Shown here one piece after another: positions 1 to 13,149 of a stretch of 64,000 bases of DNA. The notes beneath the pieces are model-generated. The model ran no database searches. It was given only the letters and a program-made list of their open reading frames with translations, and was not told the origin of the DNA. The first letter of the stretch is position 1. Each line of letters opens with the position of its first letter. A program made the translations under genes and the position numbers. The stretch is from Stegostoma tigrinum (lineage: Eukaryota): assembly GCF_030684315.1 (NCBI RefSeq), contig NC_081371.1, positions 12,469,441 to 12,533,440 of the forward strand. The letters are read 5' to 3'.

Positions 1-244
1 CAGAATTGTTAATGTGAACCATTGTTGCACTTAATTGAATTGTAGAAATTGACAAGATTTATGGTGCAGTTTGCTTTTCAATGTCGGAGAATCAATAGGA
101 AATGTGTGAAGATATTGTTGAAATGTTTCTTTTCTCTATTCCAAGCACCTCAGTTACGATGAAGAAAGGCTATTTTGCAAGTAGCTGTTTCAAATCTGAA
201 GTCAAAATTCTAGAACTGTCATTGTTACTTCCCTTTTTATTTAT

Positions 245-560
245 TAGAATCCCTGCAGTGTGGAAACAGGCCCTTCGGCCCAACCAGTCCACATCAACGC
301 TTAGAGCATCCCACCCAGCCTCATGCCCCTCTATAACCCATCTAATCTACACATCCCTGAACACTACGGGCAATTTAGCATGGCCAATCCACCTAGCATC
401 CACATCTTCGGACTGTGGAAGGAAACCGGAGCAGCCGGAGGAAACCCACACAGACACAGGGAGAATGCACAAACTCCACACAGACAGTCCCCCGAGGGTG
501 GCCTCGAACCAGGGTCCCTGGCGTTGTGAGGCATCAGTGCTAACCGCTGAGCCACCGTCC
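245..560 (-). mobile_element. HE1-type V-SINE (tRNA-derived, shark)
   Basis: The minus strand reads a tRNA-like head (GGTGGCTCAGCGGTTAGCACTG...GGTTCGAGGCC), the V-domain GTGTGGAGTTTGTGCATTCTCCCTGTGTCTGTGTGGGTTTCCTCCGG and the tail GGGCCGAAGGGCCTGTTTCCACACTG. Same family as 18474-18785 and 52815-53192. Confidence 0.85.
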
Positions 561-964
561 TGCCTCTTCATGAAGCAACGAGTGCAAAGTTGTAATTTTT
601 GAAAAGGAAGAACTTCAGTTTAATATAACATTTCCATCACGGTAGGGTGTTTCAGAACTGCTTTACAGATCGTTAGAAGTACAGTTAGTGTCATGTGGGA
701 AAATGCATGATGGAGAATATATGCATTGTAAAGTCTGTCAGACATCAAGATGTGTGACTTAATAAAGCTGGACAGTATTAACTTGCTGCATTGGATACCA
801 ACATTGCAAAGTCCTCCTCACTGACACCTAGTGACTTGAGGCACAATTGCTGAAGCTGTCCCACAAACCAGTCTCTGCAGGTCTTGCCATGTATTGGTGG
901 ACAATGAAGTAACTAACGGGATTTAGAACAATTTTGGAGGCTGTATGTGGTGTGCTGAAAGGTC

Positions 965-1766
965 TGTAATGTGTATGAATTTTAGTATCGTTTATTTTAA
1001 GAGTTCAGATTTTAAACTGGTGGGTTTGGTCTGAGTGTATGAAGAAAATTAATGAATAATTGTCAGTATTTTTAAAACCTAGATGACAGAGAATCCCTGG
1101 AATGACAATGGGAATTTGCTTGCATTGTCAGTGTGCTATAATTGGACAGAGTAAACATTGTAAAACATGAGCTTACTTTCGGCTTAGAAGAGTCAAGAAT
1201 TGATTTTATTTAGTTTTGGGGAAAACTCCATGGCTTGGAAAGCTTTTGATTTCAGTTTTGCAGAAGTTCCTGGAGAAAGAGGATATTTCAGAAAATTTAG
1301 GAACTAGGTTTCCTCAATATAAGGACCTTGGTGAAGTTCCAGACCATAATATTTATTTAGAGCCCTGAAGGGTTTATTTCAAGCTGAGAAAATCTAATCT
1401 CATTGTGTGAATAATTAGCTATTAAACTCTCAAGACTGGGAATAGAAAGAACAATTAAGTCAAATGTGATGGAGAGAGGTATTATTTCTGATGTTTGCAT
1501 ACTGTAAAGTGATTGAGCAGGGACAAATGGGTTTGTATTTTTGCCAGCAAAATCTTTCAGATTGTGTTTTGTGTAAATATTTTGGTTTATTCTATTTTAT
1601 CTTAATTTCCTTTGTATAATAAGCTAAGGTTTTATTATTAAAACTAAATCTGCAGTATGCATGCTTGTGAGTCAAAGTCTGTGTTATTAAATTTTAAAAA
1701 TCTGCCAGGCCAGATTTCAGTCTTGGATCTGAATTGTCCAGTGATAACATCAGCTGGATCATAACA
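965..1766 (+). mobile_element. solo LTR-like repeat (TG...CA)
   Basis: Starts TGTAAT and ends CAGCTGGATCATAACA. Shares long blocks (GAAGTTCCAGACCA, TGAAGGGTTTATTTCAAGCTG, TGTCCAGT...AACA.CAGCTG) with 24130-24780. Confidence 0.5.
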
Positions 1767-1804
1767 ATGAACTTTGAGGGGTTAAGGAAGCTGCTCACAA
1801 CGTT

Positions 1805-2130
1805 TTCCTGAAGGGCAGTTAATGTTGGACAATAAATATTGGTCTTTCCAGCGATGTATACATCCCATGAATGATTTTATTTTAAATCATCTGTTAATTA
1901 GTAATGTTGGTTATGTGATAGGTATTTGGTTAGTACATAAGGGTAGCTTTTGGATAATGGCTCTTCTTCCACCAGAGAGGGATGAGGGGGCCTCAGTTCA
2001 GCATCTGATTTAGAAATGGCCCCTCAGATGGTGTAACATTCCCTGAATTGACTGCCTCGATTATATGCTCACATTTCTAAAATAGGGCTTAAACTCATGG
2101 ACTTTTTGATTCAGAGGGTTTAGTGAGGAT
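1805..2130 (-). mobile_element. decayed Deu-domain SINE (SacSINE1/AmnSINE1-like); 3' part probably at ~605-780, separated by the LTR-like insertion
   Basis: GGGGCCTCAGTTCAGCATCTGATTTAGAAATGGCCCCTCAGATGGTGTAACATTCCCT resembles the reverse complement of the Deu-domain core as recalled. The match is degenerate. Confidence 0.4.
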
Positions 2131-2934
2131 TTGTCCAAGAATAATATACTATTTTTTCCACCTTCAGCTTTATGCTCCTCCTGTGAATACATTCTAAAAC
2201 TCTAGTATTTGTGCAGTTGTTTTTTAAAAAAAATTCTGCAATTCTGTTACTAAGTGTGAGTATCCTCTCAATTCCCCACATCTACCACCTCATTACTCAT
2301 TCAAACCGCCTCAATATCTCTCTGTAGCCTTTTCATGTTCCCCTCACAATTTGCACTCTCATCTACATTTGATTTGTCAGCAAACTTAGATGCATTGCAA
2401 TGTCTCTTTTTAAGTCATTAGTTTTAATTAGAAATGCAGTAAAGTCTTGATTAATCAAATTACATCACAATTCCTACAAGATTCAAGTCGAATATAGTAT
2501 GGTGATAATCACGGTAGTCCCAAGGTGACAAGCCTAAAACTTACAGATGATGGCTGAGAAAGTGAACGGGCACTTTCAGGATCAGAGTCTTGTGTGGAAA
2601 TCCTTCGAGATTTTCAGACCTTCGTCAAGCTACCAGCTTGAACGAAAAAGGCAGAAATATTCAGAGCATTTCCTATTAAAATATTGCATTGTAAATGCCT
2701 GAATCACTATTTCTTTTGACAACTTCTCGTTCAATGCTTTGATTCCTTCTGCCTTTTTTCTTTTAAACTTGAGATCTGTCCAAGAGGAGCGTTTCCTCTT
2801 TAGATACCTAGAAATCACAAGTGATTTAAGAAGGCAGCTGGTCCAGTATTGTCCATTTCCAAGTTTGGCAAATCTAGAGTGGTCAGAGCAAATGTTCGGT
2901 TCATTATAGGCATTTGGAAGCAGGATTTGATATT

Positions 2935-3700
2935 CTGCTCACAAAAACAGAAGTTACAGGAAAAGCTCAGCAAGTCTGGCACCATCTGTGAAGAAGACGT
3001 TGGAGTTAACATTTCAGGTCCAATGACCCTTCTTCAGAACAAGAAACATTTTCCTTTCAGGCATCAAGGCACACAAAATGCAACAACTCAGAGATACTCA
3101 TGCCCCTCTGGAAAATTCTTCTTCTCCCCTTCCCTCCAACTCCATCCCCTCCCCCAACCCCACCTCCTGTTGGGTATTCACCATTCCTCCTAACCTTCTG
3201 CTCTCCACTGCTGAACATTCTGTAGTCAGCAAAGGCCTCAGCTTTATTCCTCTACATCCCCGCCTCAATGAATTTTGGGCATGACATGATACCGAGCTCT
3301 TCTGCTGTCTTTGCCTCCATTTTCATTTCTTTGGTCAAGAGTCGTCTCTCCATCCCACAGACCTTTTCACCCAGTTCCAGCACTCTACCTCCACCTGGAA
3401 CCCTCCCTCTGGCCTCTTACCTGCACTCAATCTGTCCATTGAGAACTGCCGACATGATATTAGTTGCCTCAATTTTTCTGCTCCCCCCCCCCCCCCCCCC
3501 ACCTTCAACAAATCCAACCTACCTCCCTCCAAATTGACTGCATTCCATGCGTTCTGAGGAAGGGTCATCCGAATCATTAACTCTGATTTTTGTTCTTCAC
3601 AGATGCCACCACACCTGCTGAGCTTTTCCAGCAGCATCCTGTTTTTGTTCCTGATTTACAGCATCTGCAGTTCTTGTCAGTTTTTATTTGATACTCTACT
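2935..3700 (+). mobile_element. internally deleted Penelope-like element bounded by inverted terminal repeats
   Basis: An inverted terminal-repeat copy (~2940-3040) and a direct copy (~3550-3690) flank a piece of PLE ORF N-terminus (VFTIPPNLLLSTAEHSVVSKGLSFIPLHPRLNEF) related to 55765-56100. Confidence 0.7.
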
Positions 3701-3934
3701 GGCAGGACTAACTGATGACTGTGATACAACTGGAACTTGGAGTTATCCCATTTGGTTGTATTACAATTTCAGTGTGGCAGAGACCCCAGCTCTGATTCGT
3801 TTGATATTTTACTGATTATAATCTGCCAACTTTTAATTGCTCCTACTCTCCTGTCCCTACTCATTGCTTCTTCTCTGTTAACCAGTCATCTATCCATACC
3901 AATATGTTACCTCAATTCACAGAGCCCTTATTAA

Positions 3935-4165
3935 ACCAACATACTGACATATTGGAGATCTGAAATAAAACTAGAAATTCAGCAGATGTGGCAACATGCA
4001 TGAAGAGAAAAGCTGAGTTAGTATTTTGAGTTCAACATGACTCGTCTTCAGAAGAATCTCCAATTCTGAAGAAGTCATGTTGGACTTGAAACGTTAACTC
4101 TGTTTCTATCTTTGCAGATGCTGCCAGATCCCTCAGTTCCTACAGCAATATCTCTCTTTATCTGT
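3935..4165. mobile_element. fold-back (head-to-head) PLE terminal-repeat pair
   Basis: The arms GAGTTAGTATTTTGAGTTCAACATGACTCGTCTTCAGAA and TTCTGAAGAAGTCATGTTGGACTTGAAACGTTAACTC are imperfect reverse complements. A hammerhead-like core lies at 4066-4095. Confidence 0.7.
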
Positions 4166-4184
4166 GAGCTCTTAAATTGCAGAC

Positions 4185-5300
4185 TGATCTTTTAGCTGGT
4201 ACTTTCCTGAATGCCTTTTGGAAATTCAAATGTATTACAAGCTCCTCATTATCTTTCCTACTAGTTATGCATTCAGAAAGCTGTAATGAACTTTTCAAAC
4301 ATTATTTCCCTGTTGTAAAACCACGTTGACATTTGTTCAATTTTGCTATAATTGTCTCGGTGCATGGTTAAGACTTCCTTAACAACAGATTTTAGCATTT
4401 TACAACTGGCACAGAGCTAACTGACCTACAGCTCTGCTTTTTTTTACTCCATCCTTTCTTAAATAGTTGTTTTACATATCTTCTGGAATTCCATTCAGTT
4501 CCTAGCGTGAGTCAGTTTCTGTGATTTTTGACAAATTTTAGTTTAAGCTTCTTCCGTTCTTTTACTCTAGTCATGTAGTTTATCTTTATTTCCTTATTAG
4601 CTCCTTGATTACTCTCTATGTTACTCTCTATTTTTGGTATGTAATTTGTATCTTCTGCTGTGAAGGCAAACCCCAATATTTGTTCAATTGTCTCTGTCAT
4701 TTCCTCATTGCCTATAATAATCTATCCTATTTCTCTGTCTAAAGGACTGATAAATACTTAGTTCTTCTCATTTTTTTTATACTTCTAAAGGTCCTCATTT
4801 GTTTTTATATTCCTGGCTCATTTGTTCTCATAGTTTTTTTTTCCTTTCTATCAACTTTATTCATGGTCCTTTGCTCGTTTATAAAACACTTGCGAACTTC
4901 AGACTTAGTACTGTAGTCTGCAGCATTTAAAGCTTCTTCAGTTAATCTTAACACTATTCTCAATTTGTAAGCCATGGACAGATTATTTTTGCTGAGTTTT
5001 TATTTTCCAATTTATTTTTGTTGAACATTTGAACTTTTTTTTATTTCTTACTGTTGATTTATTGCTGAACCTTGCAGTCTATTTACATAATCAACCTTAG
5101 CCAGCTCCCTCCTCTTGGCTTTATAATTGATTTTGCTGAAATTCAAGATTCTCATTTAAGACCAAATTTATTGATTTCGAACTTAATGTGGAATTTGGTT
5201 GTATCATGATTACGTTTTCACATCAAATCTTTTCCTCAGATTACTAATTAACTATTTCTAACCACTCAGTAGGAGATCCCAAGTAGTTTTATTTGTTGGT
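4185..5300 (-). mobile_element. highly decayed CR1-type LINE ORF2 fragment
   Basis: Motifs typical of antisense CR1 ORF2 (AATGCCTTTTGGAAATTCAA = LNFQKAF; GTATCTTCTGCTGTGAAG = FTAEDT). Many stops. Confidence 0.55.
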
Positions 5301-5633
5301 TTCAATGACAATGCCTTCTGCTGCTATCTGACAGATTGTATTGACAATAATCATTTTTGGACCCTATTATTGAATCCATCCTTCTCAAAAACATAAGTGA
5401 ATTTGGATTTTACCCTAAATTTGCTCAAAGTACAAATAACTTTTTTTTGTTGTGTAGTTATTTAACTAAACTAGCATTGACAGTCATTACTGTTTTGAAA
5501 CATGTTGGCAATGTTCACAATCTTGCATCACTAATGCCACTAGAAGTTAATCTTTATTTTCATGATGACAAATTGGTAAGTGGCAAGTTTTCTATTACAT
5601 AAATTTTTTAACTTTCTCATTTCTTTCAAGCAG

Positions 5634-5711
5634 ATTGGAAAAAGTAGCAGCGTATCTTTATCACAGTCCAGTCCTTCAACTACAACAAACCCTGTACATG
5701 GTAACAGACAA
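5634..5711 (+). CDS. ATXN7L1: ataxin-7-like protein 1, penultimate coding exon (IGKSSSVSLSQSSPSTTTNPVHGNRQ)
   Basis: A pyrimidine tract and tandem AAG/CAG acceptor precede a 78-nt phase-0 exon with a CAA|GTAGGT donor. The peptide resembles the recalled human ATXN7L1 C-terminal segment IGKNSSLALSQSSPSSISSPGHSRQ. Lies upstream of EFCAB10 on the same strand, as in human. Confidence 0.8.
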
Positions 5712-6757
5712 GTAGGTATCACTGTTTTACACCAATACTAATGGTTGCAGATGTGCAGCATATTTTGGTGACCGTAAGGTGGCAAGATAGATTTTCAGTT
5801 TTTAAGTGTAGCCTTTGCATAAATCTGTGTGACCTCCCAGAGCTTTGTGTTTACTTCAGAATTGTTGTCTAATAATAAACAGTCGTTTAACTTCTAACTA
5901 GTATCACGTTGCTTGTACAGTTTTACGATAAGCAGCATTCATACATGGAATGTATTGACATTTTAACAGATTGGCCGTGACAGCGTTGATGCTTGAACTT
6001 AATTTCCTGTTCACTTCAAACCACACTATGAGGAAGAGAAACTTTAAATGCAATACTGAAAGAAAAAGCTTCAAATTCTAATGTAAAATAAACTCTTCCC
6101 TTAAAAACCAAGAAACTGATAGTAGAGATTTCCTTGAAATAACTTAATCCCTTTAAAACTTTGCTTGGCTTCCAGCAAAGGAAATTGATTAAAATAATTA
6201 CAGCTATAGAACTATAAATTCTGATCCTACGAGGTGTATAACTGATTTATCCATGTTTATTTTGTTGTGTAAAGTTTGTCAGAGATTGATAGTCCCTTTA
6301 AAGAATGCTGTAGTACTTCTGAAGTTCATTTTTCTAGAAGATTGTTGTTATCTGCTGAAATTATAAAAACATTACTGTTACGTAAAGAACTTGAATTGCT
6401 ACATTGGCTTTGACTTGTCAATAGACAATAGATGAATAATTGATAGATTAGTATTTGTAATGATAAGAGTATTATACCATCTGTAAACTATATTTCAGGA
6501 AGCCACTCTGCTGAAAAACATTCCCAGAAAACATAATTACACATGCATCTTCTAAGTTTGCACTTTATAAAAGGAGATAAGTGTAACTCTCAACTCTAAC
6601 TGTTTAAAAAAAATCTTCTGGTTAGTACCCAGCTGGATCAACAGTCGGGAGAAAGCTGAAGTTATGAGAAAGGACATCTTTTATTGCTTGGATTCCTGGG
6701 ATTGCAGCTGGATACTTTGATTATTGAAAAAACATTTATGTAGTCATTAGTCTGACC

Positions 6758-7460
6758 GGCTGAATTTTACTACAGCTAAGACCAAGTATGGGTGAGCTGG
6801 TGATTTCCCATTTCCAGCTACTGTGCTAGTTTGCCAGCTTGGTCCTGCTTTAGTGCCATTTTAGAACAAACTTGGTTGTGGGACGGGATTGGTAACAGCT
6901 ACCTGCCTGCAACCTGTGATGTCTAATTAAAGATCCTACTTAGGCCACTGTGCTAATGCCAACTAAAATCTTAGTCCCCTGCTGAGGCCTGAAAGGAATG
7001 GAGGTAGTAAATTGTGGGCCTGTGCACTACCCTTCACCCCACCCCACATTGGTGATAACTGCTATGGTGACCGGCCATCCAGTAGAAGCAGTGCTCCTCT
7101 ACAATGACAACTTCTCAGTTCTGTCCTCTCCTATCATTTGTTTACTAAGGGCTTCCCCATTTTGAAGTGCCACCTTTCTCTTGGATCTGCATCAACAGTT
7201 CCAATGTTGAATGGTGAATCTGGTTATCTTTCAGTGCTGGGAGAATGCCTCCTCCGCAATTGTTTCCTCAATGCTGACATCTCTGTGTTCATAACCCAGA
7301 TTTCAGGACCAGTATGCTGGGAACCAAGCACCAGCCCACTGTCTCTGGTTTCTACTCGAGAAAAATTAGGAGTGAATATTCCTATTCTTAGAGCACGTAT
7401 CAAGTCCATTCCATTTGTACCCAGCTTAATTGACTCCAAGCACAGAATGAATTTCAGTCA
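6758..7460. mobile_element. non-autonomous DNA transposon / MITE-like element
   Basis: A GC-richer block bounded by imperfect TIRs GGCTGAATTTT ... GAATTTCAGTC. Similar ends occur at ~43270-43438. Confidence 0.45.
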
Positions 7461-8196
7461 TTATTAGTACATATTGATATTCCAGTTTGCTACAGAACAG
7501 TGGGTTTTTGAAGTTTCAAGGTGGGCAGATTAAGGATTATCATGTTGGTAGCCACTCCTCTCTTCCTGTGCACACCTTTAAAGGTGTGAAATATACAGTT
7601 GTAATTATTGTTGGTATTGGTCACTCATGCTTCATAACAAATCACTGATGCACTGACAATGTTGAGAATCATTGACATATCCAGAGGCTGAGTCATTCTC
7701 AGTAGGGTAGTATCATTAGGATAACAGAAGCAGCAGGTGGTGGAATAGTGATTTGTTTTCAAAAGCTGTAACTCCCATGATGAGCTCAAGAGCCTGTGCC
7801 AGTTTGGATATTTATAATTGTTTCCAGGCTGTACGAAAATGTTTTGTAGATTTATGATTTCATAGGATTTTGCATATGTAGTGTTCTGTGTAAATCTTCT
7901 GGTTACTGAATTGTCATAAATTGGGTGTACTCATATTCAGATAGTTGTGCCTCTGTTATGAATGGTGCTTATTGTCCTTACTGTGAATTCCCTGCCTTTT
8001 TAGTTATCATTTAATCTTATTCTTGGTTCACCCTTTCCTCAGCCTAAATTTTCTGTGTGTGCGTGTATTTACCAAATTACGACCAATTTTGTTTTGTCAA
8101 TATCTCCACTTAAACATTTTATTGCTGTATTTAACAAACTGTTTTTGTTTCTCTCTGTTTATGCGAGAGATTAATTTTAATTGTCTCTTTTTACAG

Positions 8197-8214
8197 CCAA
8201 AAGTTCATCAGTGA
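8197..8214 (+). CDS. ATXN7L1: ATXN7L1 terminal coding exon (PKVHQ*)
   Basis: Strong acceptor TTGTCTCTTTTTACAG in phase 0, matching the upstream exon. The 5-aa ending parallels the PKARP* terminus of paralog ATXN7 and is followed by a long repeat-free UTR. Confidence 0.65.
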   Translation, partial: PKVHQ

Positions 8215-10630
8215 AAGCTGGCTTTATGAGGTAATTGTCTAAGACAGTGGTTACAAATGACACTGGTACTTGCCTTCGACTGTTCGATGGACTGCATCGA
8301 TAAGATGAAAACCTCTGCTCTGAAGATGTGAAGAGCCCTCCCTCTCAGCCATACCTTCTAGCGGCCTTTCCCCCTTTCTTTTAACAATGGTGAATGAGTG
8401 TGCGATGACTTACCAATCATTCCTTTATTGTCGGTGCGATAATCCTATTTCACTTGTTCTCTTTGGTGGTTTAGGGATGCCCAATACAACGCAATATAAC
8501 AAATTCTACAAAAGCCACGATAATCATGATTTTATTTTCCTTCACTCCCTCCCATGGGGATAATTCTAATCAGCAATGTTAATCATGATCTAAATGATTT
8601 GGCAAAAGCATAAAGCTAAATGTTATCAAAATCTATTTTTTACCTGGATGTTTTTTAAAATTGTCAGCAATTGGCAGGATTTATGGAATCCAACCTGATT
8701 ACACTTTGTATCCCTATAGGTTTTATATAAAGGATATATCCAATCATTTAAAATGATATGTGACATGGCAGGTTTTGCGCAGTGTGAGACATTTAAGGAA
8801 AATGTCTATCGTTTGTTGTACCAGCACTCAGTTTAATATTGCATTTGTAATTCGATCCCTGAAGGGACCCGGTCACTAGAAAACAAAGATCGATGCTTTT
8901 ACATACAATTTTTTTTTGCCGATGACAAAGTACCATCTTAAACAATGAAGAGGCTAATGGAAACTTGGTTGCTGCCAGCTTTGTATCAGAGGATGTTACA
9001 ACAAGGTGGAGTTTTCTAGTTTTATAATGCCGTGAGTGTATTTGCAGGGGGACTGTTGAGAGAGAAGTCCAGAGCAAGGGTAAAGAAAGTGTTAATGATG
9101 TTTTATTATTCAGTGTTAAAAGTGCACTTATTTGTGATGGATTCTTTCCAATTAGAAAAGGACAGGTATGGATTAACAAAGGACAAGTATGTTCTTGTAA
9201 TAGGGATGGATTTTTCAGGTTTTTAATAATGGATATTAGTTAAAAGAGAAGGACATTCTGTAAAATAAACTGAAGCTGGTGTACAGAGACTGTTAGAATG
9301 AAGTTATGGCACAGAGAAATATTTTTCGTAAGCTAATCATCATCCTCCCAGTTCTTCTAATTGTTCACATTAATTTTCATTAATTTATGATTTATCATTT
9401 TATTAATGCTCTAACTGACCAGGATAGGTTCAGACATAGAATTTAGGAAAGTCAGAAGTTGTGCGTTTATATATTTTTTAAATAAATTTGGATTGAACTT
9501 TTGCTATGTACATTTTGTTAGACTGAAGATTGTGTACATATCTGTTGTTATTTTTGCACAAATGTTTGTCATGGTTAGCTTAGGAGCTTATAAGTATTTT
9601 AATTTTTCTAATTTATTGTGGGTTGTTATAAAACTACAGGGGGTGGGAAATAATTCCCAATAATTAGAATAATTTTTATATATATATTATGAAACAAAAG
9701 CTGAAGTCTGTCGTGAATACAAATTTTCCTTCTGAAACTGGCTGTGCTCATCAGAAACTGCTACAGGGCAGTGAGATGCAAAAGTAGTCCATGACTGAAG
9801 GGGACAGTTTGGTAACTATAAAACGTGTCAGTGCTTGCCCACATGGTGGGTTTTAGTATTGCATATTATACCAGTACAAATCATGGACGCAATGCATAAG
9901 CCTGTCAGCCATAAAGAGACAGCAGAAATACTGTATGCCTTCTTTTGTATTAATGTAACAATTGTATATAAAGCTGATCAAAAACTTTGTAGAAAATAGT
10001 TTATACAGCATTACTATATTATTGCTGAATCTCAGTGAAATCTTGGGAAAAGAAAGTTTTTCTATTTACACCTTATTTTTTGTTACACTGTTGACCCATG
10101 GCATTTTGACAAAACTCTGTGGGTTTTGCATTGCTGGTCAGTCATGGGTGTGTTAATATTGCTGTTGCACAGACAAGAATTTGCACCTGCCTCATTGTGC
10201 TTTCCTACTGCAGAATTCAATTTATTCCCCCATTCAGAGATAATGAAAGCATGTAAAAATAATCCTGCGTGCCATACTGTAACTGTTCTGTTTTGTAAAT
10301 GGATTTAATAACACTACGTATTTTCAATTTGCTTTGTGCACTTTTCTTTTTCATCTCTCCTCTACCAGCTCCCACTCCCACAGCAGTGTCATTGCATTCA
10401 TTTCATGCCTACCTTCATCTTTGTGGTATTGTTAACAGAATGGTGTCTAGAATAGCTGTAAATAGTTAATTTGATGGCGTACAGAGAAAATAAATGGAAC
10501 AAACCTTGTTTCTGATTAATACTGCCATGGTTCAACACCCAGCTTGGAGATATTCTCTAGTGAGGGATGTTTTATTTTGTTTTGTTTTGTAACAGGCTTT
10601 GTAAATAAAAAAATAATTTATATGTTTGTA
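8215..10630 (+). other. ATXN7L1: ATXN7L1 3' UTR
   Basis: About 2.4 kb with no recognisable TE in a TE-dense window. U-rich, with TGTAHATA elements, AATAAA at 10489 and 10604, and GT/T-rich downstream sequence. Confidence 0.6.
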
Positions 10631-13149
10631 AGAAGTACATTTTCCTGTTGTATCTTTACTCCAACTTGATCAATTGTTCAGGTTTATTTTTACAATCAAT
10701 GTGACAAAATGGTTGTCATGATAATTGACATAGAATTTGTGTTTGTGAAAAATCGTTTTGATTTTGCATCAGTACAAATAGTCCCATGGAATTTGGGATT
10801 TAGTCAAATGTGGTTGATACCATTTCTGAGCATTGATGCAGGAAAACTGTGATAGATGCAATGCCAAGCTTGTGTTCCCAGATTTGCCCAATAATATCTT
10901 TTAAAAGATAATTTTAGAACTTTTCAATGTTAATGATAACAGTGGTCAATATTTTCACCTTGAGTCTTAGTTAGAGTGCACGTAACAGTAAGCCAGGTTT
11001 AGGATGTACGTACAAGCATGTGAGCAGTGCAAATTTGATCTGGCCAAAGAGTGAAGTAGTGTTAGCAATGTAACCTGGGCCTATGAACTGCGTGGCATTG
11101 CCAGCAGATGTTCAGCTAAAACTCATCATACAATGACATCTGGGACATATTTAAATCTTACTTTAGGACAAGAAAAGTCTGTCTGTGCAACAAATCTTTA
11201 ACTGTCTCCAATCGAGCAATTCTAACACTCGCATCCAAGCTCTGAATCAGCTGAACCCATGAGTTAGTTTGTCGCCATTATGTTTAGCATAATTTGGTTT
11301 TCGTCTTTTGGCAACAAAGACTAATTGAAGACATATGATCAGAACTTTCATGCTCAAATCTGCAATGGTTTATTCCTAAATTAGATAACTGAACCTATAT
11401 GGCCAGACATGTAATCCTGATTACATGATAATCTGATATTTTCATTTGATGTCAAATTAAATATAAATTCTTCCTGTTTAAAAAGCTTTAAAGGGAAAGA
11501 CAAGTCTATTTAAAATTTAAAATATTTCTGTTAGTAAGCTCATTGGAAGTAAATCATTTTTGAGGACCCTGAGTTACATTCCACTGTGATTATGTAATCC
11601 ACTGTACAATATTACACCAGTGGTTTCACCTAAATTAGTTTCTTGATTGACAAGTAGGTCAAATGTAGAAGAGACAGACAGGTTGACAGACAGAGGCTGA
11701 AGGCAGTTGAAACATCTAATGGAATGGTGAAGCAGGTTTAACAGGCCGAATGGTCTACCCCTATTCATGTTATGTCTGTGCAAGTTGTGTCTAATGGTTC
11801 ATCATCTCTATCCCTAGATTATAACCGTGCATAATAACATTTCACAAAAGAGGGACAAATTTTAAAGCAAAATCTATAATATCAGTGGAGGGGTTTAACC
11901 AATTACCTTTTGAAATGCATTTTACTGCATATATTTTCTCTGTACAGTTCATTATTTTGATAGTCTGCATTACAGTCAGAGGAATTCTTTCAACTCAGTC
12001 CAATAATCAGTAATAAAAAGATTCCAAGTAAAGTAGATCAGCATCTTCAATTTGTGCTAGTTCATGCTATCACATATGTAGTTGTGGATTTGGTATGAGT
12101 ATATCATGGTTTGAGTGCCAACCTTCTTGGTGAGATCTACGTTTTGTCCAACTTTGTGCCCTTCTTTAAAATCTACAATTTGTAGACTTCCATTAATAAC
12201 TGAGAGTGAAAGGATCCCTAAAGGTTACTCTTCATTCATTTGATTAATTAGTATTGTATGTGTATATGCCAATACTTGGACCAATTCCTGATGTCCTACC
12301 TAGTATGGCATCATTATTTCTCCTGACATGAGAAATTATACATAATTTTTATACAAGAATTAGGACCATAATTTTGATATCTGTTCGGAGTGAGCTTGAA
12401 TTCAAATTTAAAAATCTACGTAATTACATGCTGGCATCAAATGGGGAAAAAATACTCAATAAACTAGAAGAGGAAGCCAAACAAGGTGAGCATTGAGATG
12501 TTCTCTGGCACATTTATGCACAAGGTTTCACTTTAGGTTTCAGCATTCACATAGGTACCTAATATATCTGCTCAATTTAGATTAAACTACTACTATGTTG
12601 AAATAATCTTAATTCACTACTTCAAATTTCTAACCTCATACACTTCTAATTACCAAACTTTAATCTAGTTCTGATTTTTTTTCTAGATAAATGTGGAAGG
12701 ATGAAGTCTTTCATTTTTCTTTGAATATTTTTCCCATAACTCAAGTGAACATCGTACAAAATTTCATATACTAATATTTTGGGCTCTCTAAAATGCTTTG
12801 AGCTCATGTTCACAACAAAAAGCTATTTCCATTTAGACAGCTTTCTTTTATACCCTCAGGAATTGCAGAAACGGAGTAATGTTCAATGGGAATAATTACT
12901 GTTGAACTTTGATATATGCATTGGAAACCACATAGGATACTTGCTGCATTCCCTGAGCAGTTGATCATCCGTGAATCCCCATCAAAGAAGCTGGACTGAT
13001 AGTTGATAAGTCATGAGTGGTGAAGGAGGTGGTGAAATTGAACGTCATACGTTTACAAGTGCACTTAGATGATAGTTAATCAAGTCTCAACATAAAGACA
13101 AAGAAAGAGGGATCACAGTTCTTGGGCCACATTAAATTTCAGCAAGGAA

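Noticed and set aside
102-602. 166-aa ORF, and the similar 18464-18952 and 52732-53034 ORFs
   Set aside because: These are translations through HE1 SINE copies.
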